From IMG/VR virus record IMGVR_UViG_3300006409_000029: DNA of 20,000 nucleotides; one strand, written 5' to 3'. This document shows, in pieces, positions 14,024-20,000 of the stretch; the first letter of the stretch is position 1; each line of letters begins with the position of its first letter. Under the pieces are notes generated by a model, which was not told the DNA's origin, searched no databases, and saw only the letters and a program-made list of their open reading frames with translations. A program made the translations under genes and the position numbers. This stretch comes from an uncultured virus (IMG/VR IMGVR_UViG_3300006409_000029) (Duplodnaviria; Heunggongvirae; Uroviricota; Caudoviricetes).

Positions 14024-15160
14024 ATGGAGACTAAAGATGAAAACACAATGTGGCCTCAAGACGAAAAAGGGCCAACGGACTACCAAATCTTCGCACCTGC
14101 CGAGCCAACAGTCCTTCGGATTATCCCCGATTTGGCGGAGGAAATCGGTCTCAACGAAAGCGTCTTGCTCTTGCAAATAGCATTTTGGATTAGAAACGCA
14201 CGGGAAAATGGCAACCGTTTGGTCAGAGATGGTAGATATTGCACCTATCAAAGCGTGCGCAAAATACAACGAAAAGCCCTTAAATGGTGTAGTATATCCA
14301 CTATTTGGAGAGCAATCCACCGCCTGGAAAAGCTCAAACTAATCTATGTAGGCGAATACAATAAAAATGACTATGACCGAACAAATTGGTTCGCCCTGAA
14401 TCCGGAAGGCTTCCGCTTCCTGAAGAGCGTAAGGCTGGAGGCCGAAGAGATTGTAGAAACTGCTCCCAATGAAACAGGGTGTTCCACGGTGAAACGGGGG
14501 GTGTTCCACAGTGAAACAGGGTGTTCCACAGTGAAACAGGGGGCGTTCCACAGTGAAACGACGATACCAGAGACTACTATACCAGAGACTACTACAGAGA
14601 TTACTACAGAGACTACCACAAATATTCCGCCTGCGGCGGAAATGAAACAGCCAGAAGAGAAAACTCAAATAGAAACAGCCACTAATGGGGGAACTCCCCT
14701 TAAAGAGGAGGTCTCATGGGAGGATTTGGAACCCGCTGTGGAGGCCCTCGGTTTGGAAGAGCCGGCGGGAGATGAGAAAATTCCATACGCTCTCCCTCTA
14801 AACCCCGCCGCTATAGCGGCTTCCCATGAGCCGCCCGGCGGCCTGGAGGATTTGGCTAGAGACCTCTGCTTCCTGGTGGGCGTCCCCTTTGAGAGAAAGT
14901 GGCAAAAGAAGGCCCGCCACGCCGCCAGGGAGCTGCTTGAGCTTTGCGGCGGCGATGTGGTGGGCGTCCAGAAGGCCCTACTAGAGTACAAGAGGGACGA
15001 GAAGAACGCTCGCTGGGCCAGGGACGTGGCCCCAGGCCCCCACGCCATTATTGAGGGGATAGCCAAAAAGTGGGAGCAGATGAGGAGGGCGCCGCAGACC
15101 ACGGAAGACCGCAAGCGGCGCTATCTCGGCACCAAGTATGCCGACTATATCTTATACTGA
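14024..15160 (+). CDS. Phage replication initiator (N-terminal winged helix, internal iterons)
   Basis: LAEEIGLNESVLLLQIAFW..DGRY.TYQS..STIWRAI..LEK.KLI..YNK..YDRTNWF, typical of replisome-organiser N-termini; repeat tract and TIPETTTE linker. Confidence 0.85.
   Translation: METKDENTMWPQDEKGPTDYQIFAPAEPTVLRIIPDLAEEIGLNESVLLLQIAFWIRNARENGNRLVRDGRYCTYQSVRKIQRKALKWCSISTIWRAIHRLEKLKLIYVGEYNKNDYDRTNWFALNPEGFRFLKSVRLEAEEIVETAPNETGCSTVKRGVFHSETGCSTVKQGAFHSETTIPETTIPETTTEITTETTTNIPPAAEMKQPEEKTQIETATNGGTPLKEEVSWEDLEPAVEALGLEEPAGDEKIPYALPLNPAAIAASHEPPGGLEDLARDLCFLVGVPFERKWQKKARHAARELLELCGGDVVGVQKALLEYKRDEKNARWARDVAPGPHAIIEGIAKKWEQMRRAPQTTEDRKRRYLGTKYADYILY
14470..14560 (+). repeat. Iteron array, probable replication origin
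   Basis: Four copies of TGAAAC(A/G)GGG(GG)(T/C)GTTCCAC(A/G)G alternating 20 and 22 bp, plus a partial fifth. Confidence 0.85.
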
Positions 15161-15189
15161 TACAATATGAGACGAAAGGAGGGAGGGAT

Positions 15190-15405
15190 ATGAGCGTCTC
15201 GGATGCCAGGGCCACCCTGGAGCTTGCCGTCCTGGACGGCCTCTCCAGGCGCTCCAACCTCACGAGGGTAACGGTGGAAGTTGCTCACATATTGATACCG
15301 GATATACTGGATGCCATGTTTCGTCCCTGCATGAGGTGGGCCGTCCAGGCATATCTGGAGGAGCTGGAAAGCCAGGAGGAAATAGACCTAAACGAAAGGG
15401 GGTGA
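15190..15405 (+). CDS. Hypothetical protein
   Basis: AAGGAGGGAGG RBS before ATG 15190. Confidence 0.68.
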   Translation: MSVSDARATLELAVLDGLSRRSNLTRVTVEVAHILIPDILDAMFRPCMRWAVQAYLEELESQEEIDLNERG

Positions 15406-15412
15406 TGAGGAG

Positions 15413-15955
15413 ATGGGCAAAATCGTATTAGTCTTAATTGAGGGCGGCCAGGCCGCTGCCTGGGTAGCCGATGCGGGGAGGGCTACCGTGGCTCAGCTCG
15501 CCGAGGTGATGGGGCAACTCAGCTTGAGAGAGGCGAAGGCTCCCAAGAAGGGAGAGGAGGAGGCGGCCCAGGCCGTGATGGATGTACTGGCCGAGGCGGA
15601 TTTGGGCAAGGGCCCGGAGGCCAGGGTGCCCAAAGCTCCCCCCTCGCCGAAAGGCGCTCACTCGCCAAAGGCAGTCACGGGCGTCTCAGACTCCCACAAG
15701 CCACACCCCTGGCACCTGTGCACAAATCTCATAAGCAGGGCCAGGAAGGAGATTCCTTACTTTGGGAATAGCGCCCCCGCCATCATCAACACCCTCAAGA
15801 AACTCGAAGTCGAGGGAGTAATTACCTGGGATGGCATGAGCGTGGATGATGTCTTCGATGCCCTCAACGAATACGCCCACAAGAAGGCGAACGAACGGGC
15901 CGCGAGGTCGGCCCAGCAGGACATCGAAGACCTGTTTGGGCCGGAGGAGGTGTGA
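15413..15955 (+). CDS. Hypothetical protein
   Basis: GAGGAG RBS; two domains with a Pro/Lys linker. Confidence 0.72.
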   Translation: MGKIVLVLIEGGQAAAWVADAGRATVAQLAEVMGQLSLREAKAPKKGEEEAAQAVMDVLAEADLGKGPEARVPKAPPSPKGAHSPKAVTGVSDSHKPHPWHLCTNLISRARKEIPYFGNSAPAIINTLKKLEVEGVITWDGMSVDDVFDALNEYAHKKANERAARSAQQDIEDLFGPEEV

Positions 15956-15956
15956 G

Positions 15957-16187
15957 GTGGCTAAACTAGAGATAAGGATAAAGGATGGCCTGCGCGTTCG
16001 GGACGAGCTGGGCGGCGGGGACAAGGAGAAAAACCCCGTCGAGAGGCTCTTCGCGGCGAAGTCCTCTCTCGATAATCTCCCACAAAATCTCCGCCTGGCC
16101 CAGCTCTTGGCCCAGTACAATAGATATATCAGGGTCAAAAAGGCCATCCAGAGATTAAGGGAAACTAAAGGAGGTGAGGGAAAATGA
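15957..16187 (+). CDS. Basic hypothetical protein
   Basis: GGAGGTG RBS, GTG start at 15957, ATGA overlap with the next gene. Confidence 0.65.
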   Translation: MAKLEIRIKDGLRVRDELGGGDKEKNPVERLFAAKSSLDNLPQNLRLAQLLAQYNRYIRVKKAIQRLRETKGGEGK

Positions 16188-16573
16188 CAGAGGAAATCAC
16201 TTATGACGACCTGCTGAATATCTTGAGAGACAAGATGAGGGATTTTATCAGAGTCCGCTTCAATGGCAGGGTGCAATCCTGCGTCTATTGCCTTGGCGTG
16301 AGCGAGAGCACGCTCCGGGCCTTTCTCATGGAGATTAGGCCCGGCACCGGCTGGTCGAAGATTGTCTTCGACACCGGGAGGAAGCTACGCGGGCATAACT
16401 TAGTCCAGCGTATCTTCCATCTCGCCCGCAAGGAGATGCACCCGGATTTAGCCAGGGCCGCTCTGGCGCTGCTGCTGGATGACCCTGAGCTTTTGAAGGG
16501 TGAGGACGCTTACTACGCCAAGGTGCCTCTCATAGACGAGGAAGAATGGAATAAACCCATGCCGCACGGATAG
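16184..16573 (+). CDS. Hypothetical protein with possible HTH
   Basis: AGGAGGTG RBS; VQSCVYCLGVSESTLRAFL resembles an HTH; lies just before the late promoter. Confidence 0.65.
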   Translation: MTEEITYDDLLNILRDKMRDFIRVRFNGRVQSCVYCLGVSESTLRAFLMEIRPGTGWSKIVFDTGRKLRGHNLVQRIFHLARKEMHPDLARAALALLLDDPELLKGEDAYYAKVPLIDEEEWNKPMPHG

Positions 16574-16581
16574 CGGCTCGC

Positions 16582-16610
16582 TTGACAAATCGTATGGACA
16601 ATGCTATACT
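16582..16610 (+). promoter_or_regulatory. Sigma70-type promoter of the structural (late) operon
   Basis: TTGACA-17 bp-TATACT with TG extension. Confidence 0.8.
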
Positions 16611-16699
16611 TAGGCCCGAATCGAATACATGCTCCCTGTGAGCGCCACATGAGCGCCGCAATCACGCGGCGCTTATCTCATCTATCATAGGAGGTAAAA

Positions 16700-17146
16700 A
16701 TGCGAGAACGAGAAACTCTTGGTGTCAAGGGAAGAGTCTTGGTGGAGCTTTTCGGGCCTGATGGCGGGCTGAAGTGCGTGCGAGAGGCGGAGAACCTGGT
16801 CGTCACCGCCGGCAAGAACCACATCGCCGACCAGCTCTCCTCCTCCCCTGGCGAGGCTGCGATGGGCTATATGGCTATCGGTACAGCCACCAACGCTCCG
16901 GCAGCCGGCGATACCGCCCTGGGTGGGGAGATTGACCGGAACGCCCTGACCAGCCGCACCGATAGCGGCAACGTGGTCACTTACGTCGGCGACTGGGCCG
17001 CCGGGGACGGCACCGGGGCCATCACCGAGGCCGGCATATTCAACGCCTCCACCGGCGGGACGATGCTCTGCCGCTCGACCTTCAGCGTGGTGAATAAAGG
17101 TGCGAACGACACCCTGAAAATCACGTGGGACTTGACCATAGGCTAA
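16700..17146 (+). CDS. Phage virion structural protein, tail/tail-fibre-base type
   Basis: NLVVTAGKN..YMAIGT..DTAL..EI.R..ITEAGIFNA..GGTML.R..F..VNK..DTL.ITW pattern; Gly/Ala/Thr-rich. Confidence 0.78.
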   Translation: MRERETLGVKGRVLVELFGPDGGLKCVREAENLVVTAGKNHIADQLSSSPGEAAMGYMAIGTATNAPAAGDTALGGEIDRNALTSRTDSGNVVTYVGDWAAGDGTGAITEAGIFNASTGGTMLCRSTFSVVNKGANDTLKITWDLTIG

Positions 17147-17161
17147 ACCATAGGCTAAAGT

Positions 17162-18307
17162 TTGAAAATACTCTATCAGGCCAACGCCCCGTGGCTCCCC
17201 ACGGGGTATGGCATACAGTCGAATTACCTGGTGCCCGGCTGGCAAAGGCTTGGGCACCAGGTGACTATATTCGCCTTCGATAGCCTCTTCCTGGGTAGCC
17301 TGAATCTCGGAAACGTCCAGATACTCCCGACGAGGGGCTTCGGCGACCGCTTCGGGAACGAGATAATTGACGAGTATGTCAGACTCCTCAAGCCGGATGT
17401 GGTCATCACCCTCATGGACGTTTGGGTGCTCAAGGATTACGGAAAGCGGGGATTCCGCTGGGTGCCCTGGCTTCCGGTAGACCACGACCCGGTGCCGAAG
17501 ATAGTGGCCGAGGCCCTGGAAGGGGCCTATCTCCCGATAGCCTACTCCCGCTTCGGGCAGAGGAAGCTCCGGGAGGTAGGGATAGAGGCCGAGTATATCC
17601 CCCACGGCGTGGACACCAAGGTCTATAGACCCTTGCCCAGGGAGGAGGCGCGGGCGTCCCTGGGCCTGCCGCAGGATGCTTTCATCGTCGGGATGGTGGC
17701 CGCCAACGTGGACTATCCCTCCCGAAAGGCGTTTCCTCAAAACATGGAGGCATTCGCCCGCTTCTACAGGAGACATCCCGAAGCCAGGCTCTACCTCCAC
17801 TGCGACCTGGTGCCGCCCAGGGGCAGAACCGCCTACAATCTCATCGAGCTGGCGGAATTCCTCGGAATCAGGGAGGCGCTCCTCGCCTCAGACCCGACGC
17901 TGAGACTCCTGGGCTTCCCGCCGGAGCAGATGGCCCTCCTCTACAACAGCTTCGACGTGCTCCTGGCGGCCTCGATGGGAGAGGGGTTTGGGTTGCCTTT
18001 GATAGAGGCCCAAGCCTGCGGCACCCCCGTCATCGCCACCGATTTCACCTCGATGACGGAGCTGGTGAAGGCCGGGTGGCTTGTCAGGCCAAAGTGCAAA
18101 TTCCTCACCAACCAAATCAGCTATCAAGCCATCCCGGACATAGATTCCATCGAGGAATGCCTGGAGGCCGCCTATCGAGCCTCCGCCAGCGAGGAGGCGA
18201 GGGAGAGGCTGCGCCAGAAGGGAAGGCTTTTTGCTCTCGTGTTCGACTGGGAGCTTCTCATAGAGACGAAGTGGCGCCGCCTGTTAGAGAACATGGAGAG
18301 AATATAG
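17162..18307 (+). CDS. Glycosyltransferase, GT-B fold (GT4-like)
   Basis: TGYG N-terminal motif, IPHGVD, EGFGLPLIEAQACGTPVI. Confidence 0.92.
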   Translation: MKILYQANAPWLPTGYGIQSNYLVPGWQRLGHQVTIFAFDSLFLGSLNLGNVQILPTRGFGDRFGNEIIDEYVRLLKPDVVITLMDVWVLKDYGKRGFRWVPWLPVDHDPVPKIVAEALEGAYLPIAYSRFGQRKLREVGIEAEYIPHGVDTKVYRPLPREEARASLGLPQDAFIVGMVAANVDYPSRKAFPQNMEAFARFYRRHPEARLYLHCDLVPPRGRTAYNLIELAEFLGIREALLASDPTLRLLGFPPEQMALLYNSFDVLLAASMGEGFGLPLIEAQACGTPVIATDFTSMTELVKAGWLVRPKCKFLTNQISYQAIPDIDSIEECLEAAYRASASEEARERLRQKGRLFALVFDWELLIETKWRRLLENMERI

Positions 18308-18320
18308 AGAAGGAGGTCAC

Positions 18321-18725
18321 ATGAACTATCAAACCCTGTACGACGAGATAACCAACGACCCCCTGGGGGTCGGCTATGCGACGATGACCGACGCCCAGAT
18401 AGCCGCCGCCCTCAACAACAAAACCAGGTCTCGCGTCAAGGATTCCATCGAGGCCAGCGAGCTGGTGGCGGCTATCGAGGCCACAGATTTGAGCGGCCTC
18501 ACCGCTGCCCAGAGGGAGCAATTGCACCTTCTCATCTCGGCGGGAAAGGTGAAAATCAGCAACAAGAGGGTAAAGGATTTGCTGCAAGCGCTATTCTCCG
18601 GCACCACCACGATTAGCAATCTCCTCGCCCTGGCGACCGAGGCCATCAGCCGGGCCGAGGAGCTGGGATTGGGGAAGGTGATGGAGGAAGATGTGGCGGC
18701 AGCGAAACTATGGGCAACGATATAG
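18321..18725 (+). CDS. Phage hypothetical protein
   Basis: AAGGAGG RBS; DPLGVGY..IAAALN..ISRAEELGL pattern. Confidence 0.75.
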   Translation: MNYQTLYDEITNDPLGVGYATMTDAQIAAALNNKTRSRVKDSIEASELVAAIEATDLSGLTAAQREQLHLLISAGKVKISNKRVKDLLQALFSGTTTISNLLALATEAISRAEELGLGKVMEEDVAAAKLWATI

Positions 18726-18734
18726 GAGGTAGAG

Positions 18735-19223
18735 ATGCCAGCAGCGACATATAAAGTAGTAAAGGTGAGAATACGCAAGGGGGGAGTCGGGGAAAACATG
18801 ATGGTCTATCCCGCCCGATATGATGCCCTTGAGGTGGATACGAAGGGAATCGGGCCGTTGAACGTGGCTCAATATCACGCTTATTCCGGCCATATCGGCC
18901 TGGGCGGGAACGAGGAGTGGTGTCTTATCGTGCTGCCATCCGCCCTGGCGGATGAATACGCCCTAGACCCCGACATGGAGATAGTCTCCGTCCATCAGGC
19001 CAATGCCCTGATGGAGAAATGGCGGATAATGCGAGGCGACCCCGAAATCGTAATAAGCAATCCTGAGCGATTGCAAAACATCCAGCTCAAGAAGCAGTTG
19101 GGTCTTCCCCTGAGCGACGAAGACCAGAAGGCCCTAGACCCCGACGACCCGACCCCAGGCGTAAACCGCGCTTTTTACCCCATCCAAGTCCTGGTCTCCA
19201 AGATAGGTGGCACAATTGAATGA
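18735..19223 (+). CDS. Phage hypothetical protein
   Basis: AGGAGG RBS; ALDPDDPTPGV C-terminal motif. Confidence 0.75.
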   Translation: MPAATYKVVKVRIRKGGVGENMMVYPARYDALEVDTKGIGPLNVAQYHAYSGHIGLGGNEEWCLIVLPSALADEYALDPDMEIVSVHQANALMEKWRIMRGDPEIVISNPERLQNIQLKKQLGLPLSDEDQKALDPDDPTPGVNRAFYPIQVLVSKIGGTIE

Positions 19224-19822
19224 AGCGGAAACGGAAAACAAAGGTCTGTATCTCCATAGCCACGAAGGGCGATATAAGGGCCGAGACCGTTGCCTGGCTG
19301 CTGCGCACCTTCGTTCAGTTGCGAGGGCAGGCGGAAATCCACATCGTCTGTACCCGCAAACCCCTGGAACATGCTCGCAATGAGCAGATTCTACGCTTTT
19401 TGAAGACCGATTGCTCCCATATCTTCTTCCTCGACTCCGATTGTCTCCCCCAAGACCGCACCATCCAGAAATTGCTTGCCCATAATCTCAAAATCGTCTC
19501 AGCTCCCCATACCGCTATAATCAATGGCGAGAGGGGGCTGATGGTCGTTGACCCATCTCCCGATAAAGATGGCTATATCCAACACAGGCCGCTACGAGGA
19601 TTGCAGGGGCCGGATGTGCGCGTCGGCTGTGCCGGCCTGCTCGTCGCCAGGGAGGTTTTTGAGAAACTCGGCCCTCCCTGGTTTAGGTTTATTTACGATG
19701 AGTATGGCTTGCTCGCCTGCGGGGAGGACTTCGACTTCTGCGAGAGGGCCCTTGCACTCGGATATGAGATTTGGGCCGATTGCGACTTATGGCAAAGACA
19801 TCTATGTAGCGAGTGGGTATGA
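19220..19822 (+). CDS. Glycosyltransferase, GT-A fold (GT2-like)
   Basis: HARN, FFLDSD (DxD), G..L..REVFE...PWF, GEDFDFC..A...G.EIW.D. Confidence 0.85.
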   Translation: MKRKRKTKVCISIATKGDIRAETVAWLLRTFVQLRGQAEIHIVCTRKPLEHARNEQILRFLKTDCSHIFFLDSDCLPQDRTIQKLLAHNLKIVSAPHTAIINGERGLMVVDPSPDKDGYIQHRPLRGLQGPDVRVGCAGLLVAREVFEKLGPPWFRFIYDEYGLLACGEDFDFCERALALGYEIWADCDLWQRHLCSEWV

Positions 19823-19890
19823 ATTCATAGAGAAAACTTTTAATGACTATAGTCGCTTGTGTTACTCGGCATCAACCGGAGGGAATATAA

Positions 19891-20000
19891 ATGGCAAACG
19901 TCCTCAGTGCAGACTTCAGTGCTGACAAGCATTATAAACATAGCGGCTTTTCAGCGACTATTGTTTCCAGCTATGCTTCGCCATCTAGTATCCCTACGGG
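19891..20000 (+). CDS. Start of a further gene, truncated by the window edge
   Basis: GGAGGG RBS, ATG 19891, open to the end (MANVLSADFSADKHYKHSGFS..). Confidence 0.6.
   Translation, partial: MANVLSADFSADKHYKHSGFSATIVSSYASPSSIPT

Larger units (their letters stand above)
1..20000. mobile_element. Bacteriophage or prophage genome segment (early, replication and start of late modules)
   Basis: Dense small co-oriented ORFs with overlapping stop/start codons, orphan DNA methyltransferase, replication initiator with iterons, tail-type structural protein, no housekeeping genes. Confidence 0.9.

Noticed and set aside
16685..17800. 371-aa minus-strand ORF and other long antisense ORFs (10468-11214, 15686-16276)
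   Set aside because: Shadow frames of well-supported plus-strand genes in GC-rich DNA
1..20000. tRNA, rRNA, integrase, terminase or reverse transcriptase genes
   Set aside because: No recognisable motifs seen, so temperate lifestyle and packaging type cannot be established from this window

Overview
The whole window reads as part of a GC-rich bacteriophage or prophage genome. Strong AGGAGG(TG) ribosome-binding sites and consensus TTGACA/TATAAT promoters indicate a bacterial host; its phylum cannot be determined here. Left to right: (1) the end of a rightward operon, with a beta-class N4/N6 DNA methyltransferase and small membrane or hypothetical genes (1-3.4 kb); (2) a low-GC leftward two-gene operon encoding an HTH/coiled-coil protein and a GHKL ATPase fused to an HExxH metallopeptidase-like tail (3.75-5.77 kb); (3) a ~700-bp mirror-symmetric control region with two divergent consensus promoters and short tandem-repeat arrays; (4) an early-type array of about 15 small genes (6.5-12.1 kb), led by a 42-aa Arg-rich peptide and punctuated by a 17-bp palindrome (WGTNNCATWATGNNACA) on or next to stop codons and by a covarying two-hairpin element ending in ACTAGA; (5) a replication module with a Whirly-like ssDNA-binding protein, a HARP-like protein and an initiator with internal iterons; (6) a late promoter followed by a tail-type structural gene and two glycosyltransferases. 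The most unusual items are the modular intergenic element system of the early array (operator, switchable hairpins, Arg-rich peptide), the HTH + GHKL-zincin operon, and the Whirly-like protein. All family calls come from motif recognition by eye; no searches were run.
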